Shown piece after piece: positions 1-9,566 of a stretch of 64,000 nucleotides of DNA. The notes under the pieces are model-generated. The model worked only from the letters and a program-made list of their open reading frames with translations. It was not told where the DNA came from and made no database searches. Source of the stretch: a plasmid; the sequence record CP019900.1; one strand, given 5' to 3'. Both the position numbers and the translations under genes were made by a program. Position 1 is the stretch's first letter. Each line of letters opens with the position of its first letter.

Positions 1-501
1 ATGATCGCTAGCGGAATAGTTCAAAAACTGAATGCGCAAATGAATCAGGAGTTTTATACCTCAAATTTGTATCTTCAGCTCAGCCAGAGGTGCAGCGAGA
101 ATAGCCTTAATGGCACCGCACTATTTTTGCGTCATCAGGCGCAAAATACGGTGACGCAAATGATGCGCATGTACGAATACATCAAACAGAGCGGCGCCAC
201 GCCGGTGTTACAGGAGCAACACGCCCGGTGCGGTGAATTTTCCACGCTGGAAGATCTGTTTGAGCAGACGGTAAGCGATTACCAGAAGCGCATTAATGCG
301 CTGACCTCTTTGACGGAAGACGCCCAGGCAGCAAACGATAAGTCAGCGATTAACTTCCTGAAGCGATACAGAAAAGAGGAAATTGTGGACGGGACGCTGT
401 TGCAAATCATTCTGGATGAAGTCCGCAGCGCTAAAAAAGCGGGCATCAACATGCAGCAAACCGACCACTATCTGGTTGGCGTGATCGATCGCTATCACTA
501 A
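1..501 (+). CDS. ftnB: Non-haem ferritin-like protein (FtnB/FtnA family); starts at or just before the window edge
   Basis: 166-aa ORF with a ferritin diiron-site-like pattern (NQEFYTSNLYLQLS, QAQNTVTQMMRMYEYI); close to E. coli FtnB by recall. Confidence 0.7.
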   Translation: MIASGIVQKLNAQMNQEFYTSNLYLQLSQRCSENSLNGTALFLRHQAQNTVTQMMRMYEYIKQSGATPVLQEQHARCGEFSTLEDLFEQTVSDYQKRINALTSLTEDAQAANDKSAINFLKRYRKEEIVDGTLLQIILDEVRSAKKAGINMQQTDHYLVGVIDRYH

Positions 502-1005
502 ATCAATTTCGCAGTACGAGGAGGTTTTACGCCTCCTCAGAAAATCTGTTTTACATCAGAAACAGAGGTTTATGCCAGTGAACATTTGATACCCAACACG
601 TCATAGTGATTTTTTAACTTAGCGTTTTTATATCGTGCCAAAAATGTCTCTGCTTGTGTCTTTATATTAAGGAAGGTGCGAATAAGCAGGTCATTTCTTC
701 CCAAGCTGACTCGCTGATTAAAATTTCGCGGATCTGGGCCGATTTTTTTCCCGCAAACACATCGAATCAGCCTATTTAGGCTATTTTTTCCACCATTTCT
801 GGCGTTATTTCCGGTTTTTACTGAGATCTCTCCCACTGACGTATCATTTGGTCCACCCGAAACAGGTTGGCCAGGGTGAATAACATCGCCAGTTGGTTAT
901 CGTTTTTCAGCAGCCCCTTGTATCTGGCTTTCACGAAGCCGAACTGCCGCTTGATGATGCGAAACGGGTGCTCCACCCTGGCACGGATGAATCGCCACGG
1001 ATAAT

Positions 1006-1818
1006 CTAGACACTTCCGAGCCGTTGATAATACTGGTTTTCATATTCTGTCGGTGACATCTGTTCGCTAGAACCATGCCGACGCTTACTGTTATAAAACA
1101 TTTCGATGTAATCAAAAATATCACTGCGGGCTTCTTCCCGCGTTCCGTAGATCTTTTTCTTTATCCGTTCACGTTTCAACAACTGGAAAAAACTTTCTGC
1201 AACCGCATTATCATGGCAGTTACCGCGACGGCTCATGCTACCCTCCAGGCCGTGTGATTTCAGGAACGACTGCCACTCATGGCTTGTGTACTGACTGCCC
1301 TGATCCGAATGAACCAGCACCTGTTTTTCGGGATTACGCCGCCATACAGCCATCAGCAGTGCGTTCAGGACAATGTCCTTTGTCATCCGGGATTGCATGG
1401 ACCAGCCGATAATTTTGCGTGAGAACAGATCAACAACAACGGCAAGATACAGCCAGCCTTCGTGGGTCCTGATGTAGGTTATGTCCGTTACCCAACGCTC
1501 ATCAGGAGCATCCGGATTGAACTGTCGCTGGAGCCTGTTGGGTGACACGATACTGGCCTCGCCTTTACGTGCCCGCGGGCTTCGGTATCCGACCTGAGCC
1601 TTTATTCCGACACGTTTCATCAGTCTCCAGACTCTGTTTACTCCGCACTGTTGCCCGCTGTCACGCAGATCCAGATGGATTTTGCGATAACCATAGACGC
1701 ATCCCGATTCCAGCCAGAACTGTTTAATCTGTCCTGTCAGTCTCAGGTCTGCCTGATGGCGTTGTGAATGCGGCTGCTGAAGCCAGGCGTAAAAACCACT
1801 GGGATGAACATCCAGCAC
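1006..1818 (-). CDS. IS3-family transposase OrfB (DDE integrase core); the true OrfAB product arises by -1 frameshift and extends upstream to ~1900
   Basis: DDE motifs (WVTDITY..., [10 protein letters not shown]..., NAVAESFF); rve-type integrase core. Confidence 0.85.
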   Translation of the reverse strand: MLDVHPSGFYAWLQQPHSQRHQADLRLTGQIKQFWLESGCVYGYRKIHLDLRDSGQQCGVNRVWRLMKRVGIKAQVGYRSPRARKGEASIVSPNRLQRQFNPDAPDERWVTDITYIRTHEGWLYLAVVVDLFSRKIIGWSMQSRMTKDIVLNALLMAVWRRNPEKQVLVHSDQGSQYTSHEWQSFLKSHGLEGSMSRRGNCHDNAVAESFFQLLKRERIKKKIYGTREEARSDIFDYIEMFYNSKRRHGSSEQMSPTEYENQYYQRLGSV

Positions 1819-1874
1819 CCGACAGAGCAGGCGAACAGGCCAGCAACAGGAGTTGTCACGGATAAAGGCGTACC

Positions 1875-2159
1875 TCAGTCGGACAGCTTTGCGAAGTACG
1901 CCGCGGCTTTTTTTAATATGTCCCGTTCGTCGGTAACCCGTTTCAGCTCTTTCTGGAGACGGCGGATCTCGGCCTGAGCATCTGACTGTTCTTTATTAGT
2001 GGAAGAATCCGGACCGTACTTTTTTATCCAGGCATAAAGGCTGTGGGTGGTGATATCGAGACGTGTTGCAACGCTGGCAACAGAATAACCGCGATCAACA
2101 ACCTGTTTGACTGCTTCAGTTTTAAACTCTTCGGGATAACGCTTACCGCTCATGGGCAC
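1875..2159 (-). CDS. IS3-family transposase OrfA (HTH)
   Basis: 94-aa HTH/leucine-zipper OrfA typical of IS3 family; ends with AAYFAK motif just before the frameshift window. Confidence 0.85.
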   Translation of the reverse strand: MPMSGKRYPEEFKTEAVKQVVDRGYSVASVATRLDITTHSLYAWIKKYGPDSSTNKEQSDAQAEIRRLQKELKRVTDERDILKKAAAYFAKLSD

Positions 2160-2260
2160 CTCTCTTTAAGCCATCTTAAATGACTCTGAGGTGTCTGTTA
2201 AACCCGTGGCGATTCACACACGTTACGTTCAGTCGGTAGCCATCTGTGCAAAAAATGCGC

Positions 2261-2548
2261 TTAGCGTAGGATAATTTCCTTTTTCCAAGCGGACCCCAGG
2301 TTGTACCAATGCAGCATGCAGTGAATACGCAGCATGGTCTCCAGCGGATAGGGCCGTCGGCCATTGCCCGCCTTGGGATAAAACGGCTCGATGACAGCGG
2401 TCATATTCTGCCATGGCAGAATCTGCTCCATGCGGGAGAGGAAAATCTCTTTTCGGGTCTGACGGCGCTTAGTGCTGAATTCACTGTCGGCGAAGGTAAG
2501 TTGATGACTCATAATGAACCCTGTTCCATGGCTCCAGATGACAAACAT
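2261..2548 (-). pseudogene. IS5 transposase N-terminal fragment (truncated after ...HWYNL)
   Basis: [25 protein letters not shown]...ETMLRIHCM matches IS5 InsH N-terminus; IS5 IRL at 2521-2580. Confidence 0.85.
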
Positions 2549-2786
2549 GATCTCATATCAGGGACTTGTTCGCACCTTCCTTAGGGAATGTCTAAAATAG
2601 CGAAGCCATAGCATAGAATTTTTAATGGCATTATGATCAGGACATAAAGGACTTCATGCAGGGAAAAAATATCCCAAAAGAAACTGGTCATGTCAGCACA
2701 CCAAAGGATCCTCGCCGGATCCTTTGGTTTTTCTCAGCCACAATCGCTTAACGTGAGTTTTCGTTCCACTGAGCGTCAGACCCCTA

Positions 2787-3468
2787 TCACTGCTTAGCTG
2801 TTAATTTCTCAATCTCTTGAGCAATAGCATTAGCCTGCATAGAAGTGAGTTCAATCATCGTTCTACGGAAATTAGCCCCGCCCCCGGTTAACTCTTTAAA
2901 GCGACGCGCGGAGATAGCTTTGAAGCCGGTTTTAAAATCTTTGAGTGGCTTAGCATATTTATCATCAGCTACACCGTAATGTTCGCTTTTCACAAGCTCA
3001 CCATCTACAACACCAGAAGCAATGATGCCTACGCCACTCTGATACAGATAGACCTTATCACCTTTAGAAAGCTGGCAGATGTACTCCTTCCAACCTTCGC
3101 AAAAAGCCGCAGCCTCTTGGTTTTTAACCATATCGAAATGCGTTTCTACATCGTTGTTGTAGTTCGTATTCAACATGAAGGCTTTCCTATCAAGGAAGCT
3201 GGCTGCGCTGTCTTCACGCTGATCAACTAGCTGCTCTTTCATTTCAGCACTAATCAGAGAGTGCTCCTTTAGTAGTTCATTCGCAGTCACTACTCCGGCC
3301 TTGATGAATTCGCTGATTAGCGAGCTCTTAGAGCGATCAAAACTTAAAGATAGTTCGTCCAACTCGTTGTTTAAAATGGTCGGAAGGCGGATAGATATAG
3401 GCGCAGAAACGCTATCATCGATTTGATTAAAAAGACTATTTTTTAAAATTTCTTTCAGATCTGGCATG
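2787..3468 (-). CDS. Hypothetical protein: N-terminal RHH-like DNA-binding segment fused to a C-terminal PUA/EVE-like domain (inferred)
   Basis: ISIRLPTILNNELDELSLSFDRSKSSLISEFIKAG fits a beta-strand plus helix RHH pattern; KGDKVYLYQSGVGIIASGVV resembles the EVE/PUA-like core. Start chosen at MPDLKEIL (3468) because an operator-like palindrome lies inside the longer ORF. Confidence 0.5.
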
Positions 3469-3490
3469 GGTTTAATCTCGCTATCAGCAT

Positions 3491-3531
3491 GAATACAATT
3501 TGTATTTATATAAATGTAATACAAATTGTAG
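3491..3531. promoter_or_regulatory. AT-rich inverted repeat ATACAATTTGTAT ... ATACAAATTGTA; likely operator/promoter for the 2787-3468 gene
   Basis: 13-bp arms 3491-3503 and 3519-3531 are reverse complements, directly upstream of the chosen start. Confidence 0.45.
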
Positions 3532-3708
3532 CTAACGTCAATCGGGTAACGGTAATGCCGCGGCAGACCCGGCTGGCCGTCACTGCACAGATGAGTTTTG
3601 CCGTGAAGCCCCCACGCGAAAGCGGCAGTGACCACAGGGGCCACCGCCGAAAGATGAGAGTGAAGATCTGTTGACATTCTCTCTCCATTCATGTAGCGTT
3701 GCTAACTC

Positions 3709-4053
3709 TTAGTTATGCAGGCTTAACTTTCGGCAGATGGCTGTAACCATCTTACCGATACCCCTGAGTAGCAAGCTTCTTAATGGCATGACCCAGAATG
3801 GCGAAATGGCAAGTTTCACCAGGAAAAAGGTCTTAAGCCAGGGCACTACAGCCCAGACCACCCCGGCAGTAAGTCCCACATAAGCCACAAGAAGCAGGGC
3901 GCAGAGACAGGCGCTCCAGTATCGCTTCTGGCAGATGTGGTCCCTGGCACTGACGACCAGGCGTTGAGCGGTGGTGAAAATCGCGACAACAAAAGCGATT
4001 TCAGTCTGGAACGGGAATGCAAGCATTCCCACGATGTCGGACGTATTTTTCAT
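3709..4053 (-). CDS. Small hydrophobic protein (~3 TM segments), unknown function
   Basis: 114-aa ORF, strongly hydrophobic, own upstream AT-rich region. Confidence 0.45.
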   Translation of the reverse strand: MKNTSDIVGMLAFPFQTEIAFVVAIFTTAQRLVVSARDHICQKRYWSACLCALLLVAYVGLTAGVVWAVVPWLKTFFLVKLAISPFWVMPLRSLLLRGIGKMVTAICRKLSLHN

Positions 4054-4552
4054 TAAGCCTCCAAAGGCAAGTTATTGATAAGACAGATTTATTAGTGTTC
4101 TTCATGTTGTGAACCTCACTTTTTGTCAAAAGGCACCCCCGCGCATCACATGATGTGAACGCCGTCGATACCGCACAGAATGTGGTTTTACCTGGTGCTG
4201 CTACGATGTATTCATTTTGTTACCTCCATACTGAAGCCTCTGTTAGATCTGCTGCCTGAACCACTGAAAAAAAACAGCATGAAACCGAGACGGGACGCCA
4301 CAGCGGCCTGACTGGTGGATGCAATAAGTTTCATGGGATTGGGATAACAGAAAGGATTGGTTACCTGATATTATAGTATCAGGATCTGGATCTATTTGTC
4401 AATAGATTTCGATAACATATCACCAATTATCTTATAATACCACCGCCATGTCTCTGTTGCAATTCGCTTGTTTTAGCAAAAAGTGCTTTTACCTCAATCA
4501 TTCCTGAGACGCCAGTATCTCAGCCGCGGGGGGTGTTGAGCTAATGCGTTTT

Positions 4553-4842
4553 TCAGTTATTTGCTCCCTGCCCCACCGGGGCTGTCTCATAAACTCTGAC
4601 ATAGAGGTGTGTCGCTGTTCCTGCCCGGCGGCGGGTAAATTCGCCCGCAGCAGTTCCTGACGTCAGGCGGCATCTGCGCCCGGCCCTGGAAAAGGCAGCT
4701 TTCAGGGACTTTGATGCTTCACGCAGGGCATCGTTTTCGTCCAGGTTCAGCGCCAGGCAGACCACCTGCCCGGGCGCCATCTTCGCGATCAAGGAAAAGG
4801 AAACGTTACCCCAGACATATCGACTGTTTCTGCTATTACTCA
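4553..4842 (-). CDS. Hypothetical 96-aa protein, second gene of a 2-gene operon
   Basis: Start MSNSRNS with GAGGAG SD 8 nt upstream; 44-bp gap after the upstream gene. Confidence 0.45.
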
Positions 4843-4886
4843 TATTACAGCTCCTCGGATTATGGTGCCGGCCGCTACCGGCCCGG

Positions 4887-5810
4887 TTATACCATCTGGC
4901 TTTCAATGCAGGCCAGCAGCTGCTGCGTCAGCCCGATCTCGACATTTTCATCCGTGACAAACTCTCCGGCATGCCAGGCATAGACATGAAATTCACACCG
5001 GTTATTGCGGAAGAAATAGGCCGGACCAGTGCCACCTGGCGAACTGAGTGACGTGGTGTATCCCGGGTCAGCAATGATGACCCATCCGGGAAACCTGGGA
5101 ACCGGAGCTGGTACTGCTCCGTTATGGCCGTCTTTCAGCATGACCTGCACCCGCCATGCTGATTCGCCGTAACTCGCCGGGCGGTAACTGTATAAAGTCA
5201 CGAACGAACCTTCCGTAACAAAGCCGGGAACCAGAGAGGACAGATTTTTAAGCAACCTGACGGAGTCGATATTTTTATAGAACTGATTTTCTGCATCAGG
5301 CTGAGTGGAGTAAAAAGCCTTTTCCCAGGCCATTCTGATAACAGCCCAATCCTGAGCGGCCAGCTCTGCAAACAGGGCCAGTTCAAGCGACAGCCCCCGC
5401 CTGAAGTAACTGATCCCGGCCATTCCTACTCTTGCCATATCCCGCAGATAAGGCGCATTATTAAAAAGGATACGCTTGAGATCATCATCGTTCTTCAGGT
5501 TCAGAAAACTGATGTAACCCTCGTTGATGCCAGGCAGCAGTCCTGAGTACCCGTTAGGGTCTGCACTGGCTCTCAGGTATTCAAAAAGCTCTGCATCCAG
5601 GGAAGCTACCAGACCACTCTTACGGATGAAATTTGAAATATCATCGCGGAAGGTGTCCACCAGGAGCTCCCGCAGCCAGGTTGTTTTGGGTTTGCCGGCA
5701 CTGGCCGCCTGGCTGGTAATAATATAATCAAGATAGCCCGGAATATTTCTGATGGTATACGAAACCGTACCATCATCGGCTTCATTGTCTGATCTGCCAT
5801 CATTAACCAT
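4887..5810 (-). CDS. Hypothetical 307-aa protein with an RHH-like N-terminus (YTIRNIPGYLDYIITSQAASAGKPKTTWLRELL)
   Basis: Long ORF with SD; no recognisable catalytic motifs. Confidence 0.5.
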   Translation of the reverse strand: MVNDGRSDNEADDGTVSYTIRNIPGYLDYIITSQAASAGKPKTTWLRELLVDTFRDDISNFIRKSGLVASLDAELFEYLRASADPNGYSGLLPGINEGYISFLNLKNDDDLKRILFNNAPYLRDMARVGMAGISYFRRGLSLELALFAELAAQDWAVIRMAWEKAFYSTQPDAENQFYKNIDSVRLLKNLSSLVPGFVTEGSFVTLYSYRPASYGESAWRVQVMLKDGHNGAVPAPVPRFPGWVIIADPGYTTSLSSPGGTGPAYFFRNNRCEFHVYAWHAGEFVTDENVEIGLTQQLLACIESQMV

Positions 5811-6061
5811 ATCATCTACCTTTTTTGTTTACATATCACTTTATGAAAAAAGGATATCCTAAAACAAAGGGTGACTAAATACTGCGAAGTATACTTTTCC
5901 AATAATAGTATTTGATTGATTACTTTTTAACCGTACTTGTTTTATAGATCCGATTTCTGGTGAAGTCGGATCTTTACTGGCTAAGTAGGTTGACCTGCTC
6001 CCCGTTGATTAATACACCGTGATGTTAGTAATGTCTTCATAAGCCACATGAGGACATCCCC

Positions 6062-6325
6062 ATGAAGAAGCGTTTTTCCGACGAACAGATCATATGTATT
6101 CTCCGCGAGGCCGAAGCCGGCGTTTCTGCCCGTGAGCTCTGCCGTAAGCACGCCATTTCCGACGCCACCTTTTACACATGGCGTAAGAAGTATGGCGGTA
6201 TGGAGGTGCCTGAGGTTAAGCGCCTGAAGTCGCTTGAGGAAGAGAACGCCAGACTCAAGAAGCTGCTTGCTGAAGCCATGCTGGATAAGGAGGCGCTTCA
6301 GGTGGCTCTTGGGCGAAAGTACTGA
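6062..6325 (+). CDS. IS407-group transposase OrfA
   Basis: HTH OrfA with LKKLLAE zipper ahead of the frameshift site. Confidence 0.85.
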   Translation: MKKRFSDEQIICILREAEAGVSARELCRKHAISDATFYTWRKKYGGMEVPEVKRLKSLEEENARLKKLLAEAMLDKEALQVALGRKY

Positions 6326-6348
6326 CGACAGACCAGAAGCGGGAAGCC

Positions 6349-7182
6349 GTGGAAGTCATGTGCGAGGCTAAGGGTCTGTCGCAACGTCGTGCCTGCAGGC
6401 TGGCAGGTCTGTCCCTGTCAACCTGCCGATATTCGGCTCAGCGTCCGGCTGCTGACGCGCAGCTGTCTCTACGCATCACAGAGCTGGCACTTGAACGCCG
6501 CCGTTTTGGTTACCGGCGTATCTGGCAGCTTCTGCGACGTGAAGGTCTTTGCGTTAACCACAAGCGGGTTTACCGCATCTATCAACTTAATGGCCTGAGT
6601 GTAAAACGCAGACGACGTCGTAAAGGGCTGGCAACAGAACGTCTGCCGCTGCTCCGCCCGATGGCGCCCAATCTGACCTGGTCAATGGATTTCGTCATGG
6701 ACGCACTGGCCACAGGTCGCAGGATCAAGTGCCTGACCTGCGTGGATGATTTCACAAAGGAATGCCTGACGGTCACTGTTGCCTTCGGGATTTCAGGCGT
6801 GCAGGTCACGCGTATTCTGGACAGCATTGCGCTGTTTCGCGGCTATCCGGCTATGATAAGAACCGATCAGGGCCCGGAGTTTACCTGCCGCGCACTCGAT
6901 CAGTGGGCTTTTGAGCATGGTGTGGAGCTGCGACTTATCCAGCCCGGCAAGCCAACGCAGAACGGATTTATTGAGAGTTTTAACGGACGCTTTCGTGATG
7001 AATGCCTGAATGAGCACTGGTTCAGCGATATTGTTCACGCCAGGAAGATCATTAATGACTGGCGACTGGATTATAACGAGTGTCGACCACATTCATCACT
7101 GAATTACCTGACGCCGGCTGAATTTGCAGCGGGCTGGCGAAACGGGAAATATGAAGAAAAACCAACCGACATTACTAACTGA
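6349..7182 (+). CDS. IS407-group transposase OrfB (DDE); expressed as OrfAB by -1 frameshift from ~6300
   Basis: rve integrase core ([28 protein letters not shown]). Confidence 0.85.
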   Translation: MEVMCEAKGLSQRRACRLAGLSLSTCRYSAQRPAADAQLSLRITELALERRRFGYRRIWQLLRREGLCVNHKRVYRIYQLNGLSVKRRRRRKGLATERLPLLRPMAPNLTWSMDFVMDALATGRRIKCLTCVDDFTKECLTVTVAFGISGVQVTRILDSIALFRGYPAMIRTDQGPEFTCRALDQWAFEHGVELRLIQPGKPTQNGFIESFNGRFRDECLNEHWFSDIVHARKIINDWRLDYNECRPHSSLNYLTPAEFAAGWRNGKYEEKPTDITN

Positions 7183-7359
7183 AGGTTGTATCTAACTCTG
7201 GGGGCAGGTCAAGGTAATGGTTTTCGCTACGGCCATGACTTTGGTTATGCAGTTAGAGGATCCTTCAGCTTCTCGTAAATCAGCCAACGATGCTGAGGAA
7301 ACCTAGGAGCGACAACTCATTCTGAGCGGGTAAGACAACGGAAAGTTCTGAAGTATGGA

Positions 7360-7391
7360 TTGACCTGCAGATTAGCAGGTCAATTTTATTT
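7360..7391 (+). terminator. Stem-loop TTGACCTGC-AGATTA-GCAGGTCAA followed by TTTTATTT; rho-independent terminator-like
   Basis: Perfect 9-bp stem plus T-run. Confidence 0.5.
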
Positions 7392-7470
7392 AACGTAAAC
7401 TGGATCGTGATGCCGGCTATACATCGCATATTTTCTGATCAGCTTGCTGAATTTTAAATCGGTAACGGTA

Positions 7471-8046
7471 TCAGGATGTTTTCCAGATGACAGCTACAGT
7501 GAAAATGATCGCCAGACCGGCGAGAAAGCAGAGCGAGAGCGGGATTTTGTCCTTCAGAGTCAGGTTCAGTTCTTCTTCAACCCATGCTTTCTCAAATTCA
7601 CAGTAAAATTTATAATGTGCGTACCAGTTACTTCCGAAGATCTGTTTGCTGATGACTGTGCCGTAAAACCGGGACATGATAGCGTCGATGGATTGCTGTG
7701 TATGCTGATAGTCAAAGTTTGCATTGCTTTTCACGTTGCGGTAGATGACTTCAAGTTCATTAAAAATTTTGGTCTGCTCAATACCCGCAGTTTCGTAACT
7801 CTGCTTTTCCGAGTCATAAAACTGAATGTACATGGTAGCCACACCAAATATAATTAATATTGCGGAGATGACGTTTGTTGCCAGCTCAGGAATGAAAAGA
7901 GCAAACACACCGACAGCAAGAGATATAAAGCTAATCCACCCGGATGCCTTACAAATCAGATCATAGGTGGCAAAGTTTTTCTTAGCGCCAAATCCAACGT
8001 TATAACCGTGTCGGGCGATTAATTTCAGCATCTCTGATTGCGTCAT
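7471..8046 (-). CDS. SLATT-like transmembrane effector (2 N-terminal TM helices, helical domain, C-terminal TM); putative CBASS effector
   Basis: 191 aa; TM helices at ~aa 36-78 and 165-187; placed 7 bp downstream of the nucleotidyltransferase gene; AT-rich. Confidence 0.5.
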   Translation of the reverse strand: MTQSEMLKLIARHGYNVGFGAKKNFATYDLICKASGWISFISLAVGVFALFIPELATNVISAILIIFGVATMYIQFYDSEKQSYETAGIEQTKIFNELEVIYRNVKSNANFDYQHTQQSIDAIMSRFYGTVISKQIFGSNWYAHYKFYCEFEKAWVEEELNLTLKDKIPLSLCFLAGLAIIFTVAVIWKTS

Positions 8047-8053
8047 AAAAACC

Positions 8054-9382
8054 TCAGCTTATGGGAACTTCAATCTGTGCCCGGGCAACCACAACCTCAT
8101 TTTTTATCACATAGCATTCTACCACGTGATCTCCGCGGAAGTCGGTGGTCTCTTTCTTCGTACAGTAGCCGCCGTCCGGAACGATTTGTCCCCGGATCAT
8201 ATTTCTTCTGCGTGCTTCGTCACCCACGTTCAGTACCTTCCACATAACGGTGTAGGGTTCCTCTGCCTCCATTTCTGTCAGGTCTGCTCGGAAAAGGAGA
8301 GATTTTCGGGCGGAGAGGCGGAATCTTCTGGTAAGCATCTCCCTCAGGCTTCTGGGAGGGAAACCATCCTGGGTTACGGTACAGTCAAGGTTGAGTGAGT
8401 ACCTGATATCCACCGGATATTTATCCTCTATAAACTCTTCGGTATCGGCCCAGGGAGCAGCATCAGCCGCATGCGATTCCAGACCGAGGCGGGCTTCCAT
8501 AATATCCACCTTACGTCTGGGGAAGGCTCGTCCGAACACTTTGCGCCAGCGGTCATTTTCACTGGCAGCCCCCTCACCGTCTAAGGCATCACAACATAAT
8601 TCATACGCGTGTTTCGCTGCCCGGCCAAACCAGGGGGATTTAACACGTACATATTGATTACTGCCTAACGCGAGATACCTTTCCCTTCTCTCCTCATTTG
8701 ACAGATATTCAAAAAAGTCTCTTGCGAGGGCTCCCAGGCTGCCGTTTCCGGTATTGTCATAATCTGATGTTGATGAAAGAAAGCGATACGCCAGTGTGTC
8801 TATCAGTAAGCCACCCATATTGACGCCATGCAGGTTCTTCCAGGCTCTGATCATTTTACACAGCTTGCGCAGATTGTTCGATTTATCTCGCGAAAATGCT
8901 GTCATAGCCGCCTTTTCGTGAAGAGGTTTTGTAATGCGCCATGCTCCCCCATTATAGCTTTCAGGGAATTTAAAGCTGCCATCATCCTGTCTGAATACTG
9001 GTTGAACCTCGACATGAAAGTTTTTAAAGACGACTTGAACGACCAGTCTGTCCTTTTTCACCGTCTGGTCAGGATATTCTTCCGCCAGAATGTTTCTGAC
9101 ATCTGTGAGCAATGCAGACTGACCATTATCCTTACGGTTATAATATTCATATTTATTGGAGGGCATAATATAAAGCATATCCAGATCTGATATGCCTTTT
9201 ATTGCGGTATGTCTACCTACTGACCCCACTTTCAAGCGGTTTGCTACCCGGGAACTCGTTCCTCTGAACGCAAGATTTAATGACTTGGTTATTTTTCGAT
9301 AGTGATAGCTGATCTTTTTTGCCTGTTTAAGGTCAAGATTCAAATTTTCAAGAAATTCGCTGAACAACTCCCTGCGGCTCAT
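8054..9382 (-). CDS. SMODS/CD-NTase-family nucleotidyltransferase (cGAS/DncV-like), putative CBASS cyclase
   Basis: GS-x9-SDLDM motif (VGSVGRHTAIKGISDLDMLY) typical of pol-beta superfamily CD-NTases; downstream acidic residue (GGLLIDTL); 442 aa. Confidence 0.6.
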   Translation of the reverse strand: MSRRELFSEFLENLNLDLKQAKKISYHYRKITKSLNLAFRGTSSRVANRLKVGSVGRHTAIKGISDLDMLYIMPSNKYEYYNRKDNGQSALLTDVRNILAEEYPDQTVKKDRLVVQVVFKNFHVEVQPVFRQDDGSFKFPESYNGGAWRITKPLHEKAAMTAFSRDKSNNLRKLCKMIRAWKNLHGVNMGGLLIDTLAYRFLSSTSDYDNTGNGSLGALARDFFEYLSNEERRERYLALGSNQYVRVKSPWFGRAAKHAYELCCDALDGEGAASENDRWRKVFGRAFPRRKVDIMEARLGLESHAADAAPWADTEEFIEDKYPVDIRYSLNLDCTVTQDGFPPRSLREMLTRRFRLSARKSLLFRADLTEMEAEEPYTVMWKVLNVGDEARRRNMIRGQIVPDGGYCTKKETTDFRGDHVVECYVIKNEVVVARAQIEVPIS

Positions 9383-9566
9383 GGTGTTTCCTTTGGTATG
9401 TGAAACATTAACTTACATTATCATTACACCTTATAAAAACCAAGGTCTTCGGAGGTGAGCGTTATGTATGGCTTCATGACTTAAACTTTTACAGGATGGC
9501 CTATAAAAATAAGCCATGAAGTCATTTCTGGCAGATGAAATGCTCTGCATAAGCACGGTCTGATTA

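Larger units (their letters stand above)
988..2217 (-). mobile_element. IS3-family insertion sequence (~1230 bp) nested inside IS5; imperfect terminal IRs TGAATCGCCACGG (988) / CCGTGGCGATTCA (2205-2217)
   Basis: orfA + orfB with overlapping -1 frameshift architecture, DDE transposase, TG...CA ends. Confidence 0.75.
671..2580 (-). mobile_element. IS5 copy, disrupted: right end 671-987 (IRR GGAAGGTGCGAATAAG at 671; transposase C-terminus [42 protein letters not shown]) and left end ~2290-2580 (IRL at 2580, transposase N-terminus). About 600 bp of internal IS5 is missing and replaced by an IS3-family element
   Basis: Both IS5 termini and terminal coding segments recognised directly in the sequence; the ~70 bp at 2218-2290 is unassigned. 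Confidence 0.8.
5991..7210 (+). mobile_element. IS3-family, IS407-group IS (1220 bp); IRs TGACCTGCTCCCC (5991) / TGGGGGCAGGTCA (7198-7210); 4-bp target-site duplication AGGT (5987-5990 and 7211-7214)
   Basis: Terminal IRs and flanking direct repeat read directly from the sequence. Confidence 0.85.

Noticed and set aside
570-836. 88-aa minus-strand ORF
   Set aside because: Lies within the IS5 right terminal region, a non-coding part of IS5 by alignment to the known element.
2787-3692. Longer 301-aa version of the RHH-EVE-like gene starting at 3692
   Set aside because: The N-terminal extension would be translated from an AT-rich region containing a perfect operator-like palindrome and lacks an SD. 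The start at 3468 (MPDLKEIL) is more plausible.
8828-9190. 120-aa plus-strand ORF inside the nucleotidyltransferase gene
   Set aside because: Antisense to a gene with strong motif support; AT-rich sequence yields spurious ORFs.
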